Part shown: positions 39,701 through 50,050 of the stretch, one piece after another
Position numbering within the stretch: the first letter of the stretch is position 1
How the letters are laid out: each line of letters begins with the position of its first letter
NCBI RefSeq assembly: GCF_048593235.1
Contig: NC_133617.1
Span: 13,211,607-13,275,606 of the forward strand
From: Sminthopsis crassicaudata
Taxonomy: Eukaryota
Length of the DNA stretch: 64,000 bases
Reading direction: 5' to 3'
Position numbers and translations under genes: made by a program
Notes under the pieces: model-generated
The model's database searches: none
What the model was told of the DNA's origin: nothing
What the model saw: only the letters and a program-made list of their open reading frames with translations

Positions 39701-41285
39701 AACGGGCCTCCATCCTGGTCTCCCGGAGGCTCATGGGCCCGCAGCCCTTTCTCTGGGCAACAAAGCTCCCAAAGCTCTCCCTGTGACACGGCCCCCCCCA
39801 TTATGCAGATGAGGAAACCAAGGCTCCAACGTCATCTTCTCTAAACATTTATTAAGCACCTACTATGTGCCAGGCACTGAACTAAGAGAGAGCTAAAGAG
39901 CAGAAAGTTCCCCCCTTTGCCCTTTAGGGGGAAACCAGACTCTGTCTGGGGGCTTCAGGCTCCCTTCTCTTAGATCCAGGTTGGGGGCTTGGCCAGCCTC
40001 TGGGGGGCGGCGGCTGCTAGAATGGGAAGAACATTGGGTTCGAATCCCCCCCAGCACTGGGAGATAACCTCGGAGAAACCTCTGTAAAGTGAGCTGTCCT
40101 GGGCGCCCGGGGAGCAGGAGGCCTGGGTGCCCCCTCGAGGCTCTCCCCGCTCTAAGGCCAGAATTTCAAATACTTGTGGACCTGCCTCCCCCATCTGCAC
40201 TGAGCCAAGTTCCTGCCCTTAGCCTGGCTCTGCCGAGGCCTGAGGGAAGCTACTCTGTCCCACCTCCTGGGGGAGGGAGGTCAAAAGGAGAGGGCCCAGT
40301 TGTCCTACCCTGGTCAGTGCTCACTCTGTGCCTCAGTTTCCTCTTAGGAGAACTTGGGGGGCAGTGCTTGCTTTCCCTGCTCCCTCCAGGGGCGGTCAGC
40401 CGGTCAAGTGCCCAAGAGACCCAGGGCGAGGCAAAAGCCGCCCTCGCGCGGCCTGGCCCCTGACCTCTGGTTTTCCCTGCAGGAGTCAAGATCCTCTTCC
40501 GGGTGGGCCTGGTTCTGCTGAAACACAGCCTGGGCTCCTCGGAGAAGCTGAAGACCTGCCAGGGCCAGTACGAGACCATGGAGCGGCTGCGCAGCCTGAA
40601 CCCCAAGATCATGCAGGAGACCTTCCTGGTGCAGGAGGTAAGGGGGGGGTCCTGGAGGGTGGGGAGCCAAGGGGACAGAAGGGGGCTGGGGACCAAGGAG
40701 GGTCCTGGGGGGCAGAGGGGGCTGAGGGCCTGAGGGCAGCGCCAGTCCTCCTCAGCTAGGCCTTCTGCCTCGTCTGGCCCCTGACACCAGGTGATCGAGC
40801 TGCCCGTGACCGAGCGGCAGATCGAGCGCGAGCACCTGATCCAGCTCCGGAAGTGGAAGGACACGCGGGGGGAGCTCCAGTACCAGTCGCCCCCAAGGCT
40901 GCACGGGGCGAAGGCCATCAGCGAGGCGGAGCCCGCCCCCCGAAAGGCGCTGGAGCCCTCCCCCTCCATCCGCCTGCCCCCGGGCACCCAACTGCCAGGC
41001 GCAGGCACCGAGAGCAGGCAGCAGAAACAGGCTGAGAAGGAGCATCAGAAGGCGCTGAAGGCTCAGGCCAAGCAGCAGAGGGGGCAGCAGCAGCCCCCGC
41101 CCTCGCAGGCCCTCCCAGGTCCTGGTGAGGGCCCCGCCCCAGCAGCCCCTGCCCAGGCCCCGGGCCCCAGCACTGAGCAGGTGCCCCTGGCTGCCCCGGG
41201 GCCGGAGGGTCCAGATGCCAAGGACTCACCTCATCATTCCAAGGAGAGCCTGACTTCCCAGGAGAGTGAAGACACTTACCTATAA
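12256..41285 (+). CDS. TBC1D10A: TBC1 domain family member 10A (EPI64; Rab GAP), complete, 515 aa
   Basis: join(12256-12467,32987-33086,36845-36952,37413-37519,38815-38929,39012-39077,39205-39394,40483-40637,40791-41285) = 1548 nt, all [15 protein letters not shown]...[18 protein letters not shown]; TBC motifs [13 protein letters not shown] and YCQAQAP; C-terminal PDZ ligand DTYL*. Confidence 0.97.
12606..12815. repeat. Tandem duplication, period 101 bp
   Basis: ctcactctggttctccgcactc...agctggaactcgccgcccc starts at both 12611 and 12712. Confidence 0.9.
17300..18300 (-). mobile_element. L2 LINE fragments
   Basis: Reverse tail aaaagcatttattaagcacttgctgtgtacc at about 17711 and flanking purine-rich L2-like body. 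Confidence 0.55.
20111..20260 (-). mobile_element. WSINE1-type tRNA/CORE SINE
   Basis: ctgaggctggggttaagtgacttgcccagggtcacacagctagg...ccactgcgccacctagctgtccc; degenerate 15-bp TSD agacaattctggttt (20096) / aggcaattctgtttt (20261). Confidence 0.85.
20466..20645. mobile_element. hAT/Charlie-type MITE (OC1-like), 180 bp
   Basis: TIRs CAGTGGTCCTCAAACT / AGTTTGAGAACCCCTG; 8-bp TSD-like TTCTAGAT / TTCTAGTG, fitting the Charlie NTCTAGAN target preference. Confidence 0.85.
25228..25294. repeat. Imperfect (GAGT)n microsatellite
   Basis: gtgagtgagtgagtgagtaatgagtgagtgaatg... Confidence 0.85.
32987..33086 (+). CDS. TBC1D10A: TBC1D10A exon 2 (100 nt)
   Basis: ccatag|AGTAGAG ... AAG|gtgggt; [20 protein letters not shown]...KRHKK. 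Confidence 0.95.
36845..36952 (+). CDS. TBC1D10A: TBC1D10A exon 3 (108 nt)
   Basis: cccag|ATC ... GAC|gtaagg; [24 protein letters not shown]...GKFD. Confidence 0.95.
37413..37519 (+). CDS. TBC1D10A: TBC1D10A exon 4 (107 nt)
   Basis: tttcag|GAG ... CACGG|gtaaga; [23 protein letters not shown]...GGHG. Confidence 0.95.
38815..38929 (+). CDS. TBC1D10A: TBC1D10A exon 5 (115 nt)
   Basis: ctctag|CCAACAG ... GAG|gtagcc; [11 protein letters not shown]...HMPAE. Confidence 0.93.
39012..39077 (+). CDS. TBC1D10A: TBC1D10A exon 6 (66 nt)
   Basis: ggcag|CAA ... CTG|gtgagc; [22 protein letters not shown]. Confidence 0.95.
39205..39394 (+). CDS. TBC1D10A: TBC1D10A exon 7 (190 nt)
   Basis: cacag|GAG ... 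GAAG|gtacgg; [11 protein letters not shown]...WDMFFCE. Confidence 0.95.
40483..40637 (+). CDS. TBC1D10A: TBC1D10A exon 8 (155 nt)
   Basis: ctgcag|GAGTC ... GAG|gtaagg; [15 protein letters not shown]...FLVQE. Confidence 0.95.
40791..41285 (+). CDS. TBC1D10A: TBC1D10A exon 9 coding part
   Basis: caccag|GTGATC ... TAA; [20 protein letters not shown]...[13 protein letters not shown]. Confidence 0.96.
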   Translation: MIELPVTERQIEREHLIQLRKWKDTRGELQYQSPPRLHGAKAISEAEPAPRKALEPSPSIRLPPGTQLPGAGTESRQQKQAEKEHQKALKAQAKQQRGQQQPPPSQALPGPGEGPAPAAPAQAPGPSTEQVPLAAPGPEGPDAKDSPHHSKESLTSQESEDTYL

Positions 41286-41907
41286 AAGGGCTGGGTCCCC
41301 ATGCCTCGGTTTCCCTTTTCTGAAGGGCTGGGAGCTGAGCCAGGGCAGCTAGGCCAGGAGGGGACATTCCTGTAGGCCCTGCCTCCCAGAGGGCAGCCTC
41401 AACCTCCCCTTAGGGCGGCCCCAAAAGGCCTCTGAGACAGAGGGGGCCCTGGACCGCAGGCCCCCTTCCCTTCTCTGCTGGGGCCCCTCGGGGCCTGACC
41501 CCGAGCAAGAAGGGCTGCCTGGCCCCCTCCCCTCAGGCCCACAGCAAGGAGAGGAGGGCCCTGGGGCCTGGGCCGCCTCAGCCGCTATTTATTCTCTCAG
41601 TCCCCGAGGAGGATGTCCTGGTCCTGGGGCACCCATGGGTCACAGTGAAGTCCCTGCTGCCCGTTGTGTGGGGCGGGGCTTTCTTCTACACTCCCCTCTG
41701 CCCAGGCCGGGGTCAGGCCTCCCCTCCTCAGCCTCCTGCCCTTCTTAGCCCGAGGGCCCTCAGAACCCACCCCCAGCTCCTTCTGTCCTGGGCTCCCCTG
41801 CGGGGCCGCCCACCAGGCACACCGGAAGGGCCAGGCACAGGGGGCCCATTCCCTGGGGTGGCGGATGAAGGGTGGGCTCTCTTTGTGTAAAGTAAGTTTT
41901 GTACAGA

Positions 41908-41913
41908 AATAAA
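41908..41913 (+). terminator. TBC1D10A polyadenylation signal AATAAA
   Basis: Canonical hexamer about 620 nt after the stop, preceded by TGTA elements (tgtgtaaag, ttttgtacag). Confidence 0.8.
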
Positions 41914-42862
41914 CCGGGTTATATAAAGAGCTTTGGGACTGCTCCCTGTGCAGCTGGGGCTGTGGCCTGGAACCCTGCGGCCCACTAGCCCACCGGTCCT
42001 TGGCCTACAGGGTTCAGATGCTGCACTGAAGCTTTCTCCTCGGGGGGCCCCTCGGCCTCAACTTCCCCTGCTGTGAAAGAGCATCGGGTTCTTGTGTGAC
42101 TCCTCCCCCTCGGGATGTCCAGCCTTCAGGCCCAGAGCTGGAGTCCTTGGGCAAGGGGCTGGCTGGCAGACATCCAGGGGGCCCCCATGTGGGGAGCCAC
42201 AGTCCGGATTGGGCTCTCCATTTTACAGAAGAGGAAACCGAGTCCTCACCCAGCCTAGGCTCCTTCTACCCTCTGTAGTCAGATTTTGTGCCAGGCTGCC
42301 CCCTCTGGGATGCCCGCCTGCCCTGTTCCTGGATGGAGCCAACTGAGTCACGAGAATAGGGTCAGCATCCCCCGGAGTCCGGGGCTCGGGGAGGGCGGCT
42401 GGGTGCCTGAGGTTGGGGCTGGGCCTGCCCCCCCAGATGTGGAGTCTGAAAGGGGAAGTTGCTTCTGGCTCCTTCCTGCCCACCAGCGTTTCCGGATCTC
42501 CCAGGGGCGGTGACCTATTTACTCAAGGTAGGTAGGGCCTATGCAGGCAGAGCTGGAAGGCCCCCTTAGCTTCCAGTCCCAGCAGCCCTCGGGCCCTGCC
42601 TGGTCCTCCCAGCTTTTCTGAAAATGAAAAATAATCCTGTCAGCCTCTAGGCCGGCCCAGGACTGAGGGCTGGAGGAAATGGGCTCACTTCCTGCTCTGA
42701 CCATCAGGCTCTGGGAGAGAGGCTGGAAAATGTCTTAGTGGACAAAGGAAATGGGGGATTCCGAAATGTGGGAGTGGACGGGACTGGGCCAAGGCTGTGG
42801 TCCGCTCTGTGGGGTGGGCTCTGGGAAGAGCTAGGGCTGGAGGGGACAAAGCCAGCCTCTGG

Positions 42863-43014
42863 AGGACAGTGTTCAGGGGCACGGGGTCCTAGAGGACTGG
42901 ACTAGAGTAAGGCCAGAGGGGAGACGGCCAGCCACTGCAGGACAGGGTCCAGGGGCACGGGGTCATAGGGGTGTGGACTAGAGTAAGGGCCAGAGGGACA
43001 TGGTCAGCCACTGG
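42863..43014. repeat. Tandem duplication, period 76 bp
   Basis: aggacag..caggggcacggggtc..ggactagagtaagg..cagccactg occurs twice (caggggcacggggtc at 42874 and 42950). Confidence 0.85.
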
Positions 43015-46000
43015 AAGAGGGGATCGGGGCAGTGGGAAATGGGGGCCACCAAGGTCCGGACTGGGGGAAGCGCTCTCTCAGAGAGAATGTGGTTAGAGAT
43101 GCCCAGGGAAGGCCCAGAAATGCTCCTTTGGTCCCCAAGCCCCTCCCAGATTGGACACCGTGATTCTAAGGTTTAGGGATTGTCCCAGAAGTCCAGTCGA
43201 CTCAATTATTGAGGTTCTCTCCCCGGGAGCTTTAGTTTGTGGACTTGCAATAGTTATTAAATGTTAGAAATTCAAACCTCTTCAATGACCCATAGAGGCT
43301 GGAGCTCCAGGATGCCCTGAAGGAGTCTGGGACCCCACCTGCAGCCCAGCTCAGACCCTTCACCGAAGCCCCGGAACCCCTGTATTATTGCAGATGAGAA
43401 AGGAGAGATGAGACTGGCCTGTACCCAGCAATTAGTAACAGCAATAATAGTGCTCCATCATTTTCAGTCAGACTCATTCTGGGTTTTCTTGGCAGAGAAA
43501 CTAATAATTTGCTTTTTCCTTGACCAGTTCATTTTACAGATGAGGAAACTGAGGCAGGGTGAAGTGACTTGCCCAGGGCCTTCATGTAGTGTCTGAGAAT
43601 TTAGGAAGAGGAACTTGCCCAATTCCAAGCCCTGTGCTCCTGGCACCTTGCCACCTCTCAAGTCCCAGCTAGCTCCTCCTCCTGAACCCCCCTGGCCGTC
43701 TGTGCCCAGCCCCCGTCTATAGCTAGGTGGGACGGGTTTGCAGGTGGTCTCCGCCATAAAGGCCGGGGCTGTTTTTGCCTATCACAAAAACATTTCTGTT
43801 CACTTAGTACACAGTAGGTGATTAATAAATGCACATTGACATACAAAAAGCACTTCATAAACCCGAAGGCCTTACAGAAATGCGAATTATTATTGCTATT
43901 ATTATTGAACATCCCAGACCCAAGGCAGACCCTCAGCCGCCGGTCCCGAAGGGCCCCGCAGCCGCTCTCCCCCGCCCCCTTCTCCGCCCTTCCCCCCCGC
44001 AAACAAAACACAAGGGCCAGAAAAGCTGCCGGACTGACCCCGGGGGATTTCGGAGCCGGGAATCTCCCAGCAGCCCCTTCCCCCGACGGCCTGCCTGTGG
44101 ATTACCTTAAGTAGTCACTTTTCTTCCGGCCAGATCACAAAGAATGAAGGAATGAATGCTCCATTTGGAGAGGGAATGTCCTTCCACCCACGCACCCCCT
44201 GCCCTCCCCCCGCCAAATTTAGGGTTCTCTCCCGGAGCGGAAAGCCCCGTAGAACGGGGGCCAGCCTGGAAGTTCTCAGTCCTGGGCCCTCGGGGTCACA
44301 GTCATTAAGTCCCAGCATGCTTCGCTCCAGTCCTTTTACCTTTTACTAGTCAGTTAATCCACAAGCATCTGGGTGGGGGTGGGGTGGGGGTGGATTGAGT
44401 CTGAATTAAGTGCCGGGCCCGGGGGAAGGGGATTAGCCCCGCCCCTCGGGGAGCTTCCATTCCTTGGGGACACAGATAAGCAAATGGAAGCGGTCCCGAG
44501 GCTGGGGGAGAGCCCGTCGGAAGTGGGGGGCCGCCGGGGGACCAGAGAAGGCGGCTCCTTAGCCCACAGCTGGGGCTAAGGCCGGGGTCGTCCAGGGGGC
44601 CTGCCCCGGCTCTCCCACCCCGGTGGGCGCTCCGGCGGGCTGCCCTAGCCCCGCCCCCTTTTAAAATCCTTGCCTCAGGTGCCTCAGAGGGAGGTGCTAT
44701 CATTATCCCCATTTTTCAGACGAACGTCGAGGTCAGGGGGCCACGCCCCGGGGGGGCCCTTTTGCCCTCAGTCCCGGGTGAATGCTCTGGGCCGTCCGTG
44801 TGTCTCTTCCGAGGGAGCGTGGGAAGCAGCATTTGAACTCCGCGCCTCTCCCTGGGGCCTCCCGCCATCCCCGGGCCTGCCTCGGACTGGGCTGGGCTCG
44901 GTTCCTTTAAAGCCGGGGGGATGGGGTGGAGGCCGTCCGGCCCCCGGCCGGTTTAGAGCCTTTCTCCTTCCTGCGCAGTTTGGGAAGAGCTCGCTGTTAT
45001 GGGGGATTCCCTCCCCTCCCCCCTTAGATCCTGAGGGCCCGAGGCCTCCAGCCCCTCCCCCGTGGGACCCCTCACTAGCGCGGCCAGGAACGGGGTCCTT
45101 TAAGCGCTTAGGGAGAGCCAGGCTTCCTTCCTTCCTCTGCCGGGAAGCGTCGGCCATTTCCCTTCCGGTGCCTCAGTTTCTCTGGGCTGCTGGAAGCTGG
45201 CCCGGAGCCCCGGAGGCTCGCTGGGGGGGCCGGCCCCGGGCACTGCTCCAGCAGGCTTGGGGAGCGGGGGGGGGGGGGGCGGAAGCGGGGTGCCGGGGGC
45301 CCGGACCCCGCAGAGCGGGGCAGGTAGCCCGGCCGGAGCCGGGGCGGGGGAGGGAAGGGGCCGGGCCGGGACAGGGTGTCCCGGGAGCTCCCGGCCAAAC
45401 AATAACTGGCCCTGGATCCGGGCCACCGCCTGCGCCTGGGAAAGGGAGCGGGGGAGGGAGGCCTGCCCTTCCCCTCCAGCAGGGGGAGCTGCGCCCCCCC
45501 TCTGCTTCCTAGCAGGGGGCCCGGGATGGGCTGGACCAGGGGCTGGGCATGCCTCCCCCCCCCCTTTTCTCCTTGTGTCTGTTTCTGATCTCACCCCTGC
45601 TCTTGGGAAAAGGGGAACCGGCCCCACCCCCCCAGCCCCGAGCCCCTCGGAGGCTAGGCCCTGGGCAGCTGCCACCCAGCCTGGCCCGGGAGGCCGGCCA
45701 AGAACGCTCCCCCTCCGGCCCCCCAGCCTGCTCCAGCCTGCTCCAGCCTCCCCCACCTTCACCGACCACCTCAGCGTGGGAAAGGGAGAGGGGGCGGCCC
45801 CTGATTCCTGTACCTCAGTTTCCCCTTCTGTCAAGGGGTTGGCTCCAGCAGTGGGAAGGCCTGTTCCCTGCCCCCTCCCACCTCCCTTTTCCTTGCTGCT
45901 GGAGGCCCCCCCCCCTCACTTTTCAGCTGAAGCCACTGAGGCTCGGGAGGCAGATCCTCTGCATTCCAAGGGGGCCGCTCCCCCAGGCTAGCCTCTGGGG

Positions 46001-46630
46001 TCCTGGTGGCCCCCTGGCTAGCCTGTCCAGGCCCTCCTCTCCTCCCCCAAGTCCTCCCCAGGACTGGCCCGGATGAGAGGCCTGGCCAATACAATGCTCA
46101 CAGGAACTGGCTGGAGCCAGGGCCGGGAGAGCCAGGGGCTCGGGCCAGCAGGGCAGGAGGAGGGAGGCTGGCAGCCGGAGCCCCAGAAGAAGAAGAAGCC
46201 CGGCCAGACTGAACCCCCTCCTCAGAGTGACTGGGGGGCAGGTCGGGGCAGGCAGGCCTGGGCCTGCTCCCAAGTAGGGGAGGGAAAAATTCAGGCGAGG
46301 GAAAGAGGGAAGGGGGGCAGCTCGCCAGGCGCTGGCACCGTCCCGTGAACGGCAGAGTTTCCACAAGGCTTTCTGAGTACCACAGTCCTGAGGAGGCCCG
46401 GGCTGGGGCAGGCTGCTGGCCCCTGGCTCCCCAGGCCCAGAGCCCCCCGTCACACAGCTCCCAGGCCCCGGCCAAAGCTGGCGCGGGGCTGCCTCACCTG
46501 GGCCTGGCTCCTGAGGCAGGCCGGGGGTCTGCCCCCCCCCAATCATTGGCAGGAATGCGAAATCTCAGAGGCTCCTGCAAACAAAGACATCCCCCAAGCC
46601 CAGAAACCCCATTTTCCTTGCTCTTACTTG

Positions 46631-46791
46631 TGTGAGTGTGCAAGTGTGTAAATGTCAATGAGTGTAAGTGTATTGTGAGTGTGTGCTAGTGTGTAAGAAT
46701 GAGTGAGCAAGTGTGTTAGTGTGTGTGTGTAAGGATGAGTGTGAGTGTGTGTGTATGAATGAGTCTGTGTGTCAATGTGTGTGTGTGTGTG
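46631..46791. repeat. TG-rich degenerate dinucleotide tract
   Basis: gtgtgagtgtg...gtgtgtgtgtgtgtgt over about 160 bp. Confidence 0.85.
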
Positions 46792-47769
46792 TAGCTGCTC
46801 CGGGTTCAGGCACTGTTCTCAAAGTCCAGTCTGGAGGCAGAACCACACAGAAACATGGGCTGGGACACAGAGAAAGGCCGAAAGGCTCGAGTTTGGATCC
46901 GGATGGACAGCGGACAGGCCCAAGGCCGGGAGCCTCCCTCTGGTCCCCGGGGGTTTCAGCGGTTTTCTCATAGCCTCCCTTACTTAGGCTGTTCTTGGCA
47001 GAAATAGCAGCGGGGTTTGCGCTTCCTTCTCCAGCTCACTTTTTTAAACAGACGAGGAACCGAAGCAATAAGGGGGATGTGGCTTGTCCAGTTCACACAG
47101 CTAGTGTCTGAGGCTGCATTTGAACTCGGGTCTCCCTGGCTCCCGGCCCAGTGCCCTATCCACTGCTCCACCCAGCTGCCCCAAAATACAGACAAATGTC
47201 TTAAGGCAAATTTCCTCCCCCCAAACCTGGTGCTCACCGCCTGGTCGCTGCTTTGAAGCAGGAGTTTGCCAATTTTGAGGGTTATGAAGTCCATTTTTCA
47301 GATGAGAAAACTGAAGGGTGGGAGCTGGTAAGGGATTTCCTGGCTTCTGGACCACACTTTCGGGGTCAGGTCTTCCACAGTCCTGCAATGGCCACGTTTC
47401 CATATGGGAGGGGGTACGGGAGAAGAGAGGCTTCCAGAGCAGGGGGTGGTCCCAGAAGCTCAGAACTGGAAGGCCCACTGGGGAGGACCCCAGGAGTCAC
47501 CCTAACCTCTCCTGAAGGGCTGCAGGTGAAACGCGCCCGGGGCCAACACCTCAGAGGCCCAGCTGAACGGATCCATGAGGATTTTTGCCAGGGAGACTCA
47601 TTCATTTACTCCTCAGTATCCGGTGCCTCCCCTTTCCCTTGGACATTCGAGCTCCCGTCAGCCTGGGCCTCCACCTCATTCCCAGCTCCTGCCCTCCACT
47701 GAAGAGGAAGGAGCATCCCATCCCGGCTGCCCCGCTGGGGGAGGGGGCTTCTTTGGCGTTTGCCACCTA

Positions 47770-47915
47770 GCCCCCACCTTATCTATTCTCCTTCCCTTAT
47801 TTTGTAAGCTCCATGAGAGCAGAAATTGGCTTTTCTTTTTGTGTTTATTTCCCAACGCTTAACCGAGGGCCAGACACATACCTACGGTGGTTAATAAATG
47901 CTGGTTGATGGAAAC
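47770..47915 (+). mobile_element. L2 3' tail
   Basis: tgtaagctccatgagagcaga ... ttaataaatgctggttgatg. Confidence 0.6.
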
Positions 47916-47934
47916 TGAGCCCAGCAGGAGAAAG

Positions 47935-48480
47935 GCTGAATGAGTTATGGGATATGCACCTTGTGGAATATTATTGTTCTGTAAGAAATGACCAGCAGGA
48001 TGATTTCAGAGAGGCCTGGGAGACTCACAGGAACTGCTGCTGAGTGAAGTGAGCAGGACAGGAGATCTTTGATTACGTAAGGCAAGAAGACGATATGAGG
48101 ATCAATTCTGATGGACCGAGCTCTTCAACAATGAGGGGATCCCGGCCAGTTTCAATGGTCTTGTGATGGAGAGAGCAGTCTGACCCAGAGAGAACTGTGG
48201 GGACTGAGTGTGGATCAAAGCATCGGATTTTCACTCTTTTTGTTGTCGTTTGCTTGCTTTTTTTTCTTCTCGTTTTCCCCTTTTTTGATCTGCTTTTTCT
48301 TGTGCATTGGGATAAATGTGCAAATATATTTAGAAGAATTGCGCATTTAAGTAGGGGCGGGGGTGGGGGGAAGGGAGAGGAAAAATTTACAACACAGGAT
48401 TTTGGAAGGGTGAAAGTTGAAAATTAGCCAGGTATGTAATTTGAAAATAAGAAAGCTTTAGTTTAAAAAATAAGTAAAAG
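47935..48480 (+). mobile_element. 5'-truncated L1 3' end
   Basis: ggaatattattgttctgtaagaaatgaccagcaggatgatttcaga...ctgagtgaagtgagcag...G-rich stretch, then A-rich tail (aaaataagaaagctttagtttaaaaaa). Confidence 0.85.
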
Positions 48481-48849
48481 CTGGTTGACTTATTTATTGG
48501 GGAAAGGGCATCTGCTCGCCCGGATGCGAGGAGGGGAGAGAGGACCAAAGATGGAGAGACTTCTCCTCTCTCCCCTCCCCCAAGGCCAGGTCCAAGGCCA
48601 GTCGGGATGCTCGGGGAGGGTGTAAATAGAGGGGGAGGGTATTTCCCAGCCTCGAGGGTCCCGCGTGCGCCTGGGCCAATGGGAGCCCGGCCTTCTAGAG
48701 CGGGGAGGGGGACCGGCGGAATGCACTTGTCCAGTCCCCTCTCCTTCCATCCACCGGGGCTGAGCGGGCCTGGGGGCGTGGCCCTGGGAAGTTTTAGCCC
48801 CTCCCCCTCCCCGACCATCCTCTCCCAGCTTTCCAGGACGCTGCGGTTC

Positions 48850-50050
48850 TTCTGGCCCAAGAAGATTTTCGGGCGCCTCTCCCTGTTCCCATGTAGCCCC
48901 CAAGGCCCGGGTCGCGTTGCGCCGTAGCGGCCGTGTGGGAACTCGAACCCAGGCCCCCGGGCGCGGGGCCGACCTCGCTTCCTGCGCTCCCCCATCTCCC
49001 CGCCATCCCCGGCCCCAGCCATGGACCACAAGATCCTTGAAGTCCAGAGGTTCCTGGAGGACGGCTCTTTTCCGGACCACTTGGTGACCGCTTCCCAGAA
49101 GCGAGAGTTCCGCAGGCGGGCCCAGAACTTCGTCCTGGAAGGTGAGGGGGGGGCGGCTGCGGATTATCCGCTCCCAGCGTCCTGGGGCTCCCGACCACCC
49201 GATCCCGGTGGGGGCTCCCTGAGGGCGCGCAGGAGCGGAGCCTGAGACTCGGAAGTCGAGCCCAGCCGGCCATGGAAGGAGAGAAAAATTGGGTGGGGGT
49301 GGGGGGCAGCAGCCGCTGGGCTGGCCTGGCTGCAAGCTAGAATGTGTGAAAGGCATCCGTGCGTAGGCGGCCTCGCCTGGAGGCAGCTCGTGAAGGCTGC
49401 GCGAGGCCCAGCGGGCTCTCTGACCCTAAAAACAGTGGGAGCCACGGCAGGTTCTAGAGGGAGGGGAACGCTCTGACTCGGGTTTTGGACTTAAGCGTGG
49501 AGGCGGCGAGGGGCCGCCTGGAGGCCCGAGGGCAGACTGGTCTCCCCGCCCCCTTCCGGAAGGGTGGCGGGCGTCTCCGCTGGCTAAAGTTCGGGCCGAA
49601 CCCCGAGGGAGCGAGCGGCGGGGCCCGCGGCCCGGCCTCGTTTCCAGCCCGAATCTCCGGAAGTGCGCGAGGCCCGGAGCTAGCGCCGGCCCGCCCCCGC
49701 CTCGGCCTGGCTGCTGGAAGTGACCTCAGCGGTCTCCTGGGCCCGCCCGCCCCGCCCCCTCCATTAACGCTGCGCCTCGGGGCGAGGGGGCGGCGCGGGC
49801 GCGTCTGGGGTGGGATCCTCGCGCCGCGCTTCCCGCGGCTCCTGGGGCCGCGGGGCCTGCGCTCCGGCCCCTCCCCCCGCCCGGGTCCCACAACTCTCCC
49901 GTGGAGGTTCCTGGAGCGCGTGTCGCCCCTCCCCCCGGGCGCGGCACCGTGGGCTGGGGGGGAGGGGGGGAGGAGCAGGCTTCTGGGGCCGGGATCCGAG
50001 GGCAGTTTGAAAGTGTCCCGACCCCGCCGTCGTTTTCTGAGTCCCCCAAG
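48850..50050 (+). promoter_or_regulatory. CpG island over the first coding exon and intron 1 of the integrase-like gene
   Basis: CpG-dense; Kozak ccagccATGG at 49021; ETS CCGGAAGT at 49657; palindromic CTTCCGGAAG at 49553; GC boxes near 49690. Confidence 0.7.
49021..49141 (+). CDS. GIN-like gene coding exon 1 (121 nt, phase 1)
   Basis: ATG ... GAAG|gtgagg; MDHKILEVQRFLEDGSFPDHLVTASQKREFRRRAQNFVLE. Confidence 0.8.

Noticed and set aside
44670-46546. Cluster of 200-280 aa ORFs on both strands
   Set aside because: No recognisable motifs or splice-consistent exon chain; explained by GC content.
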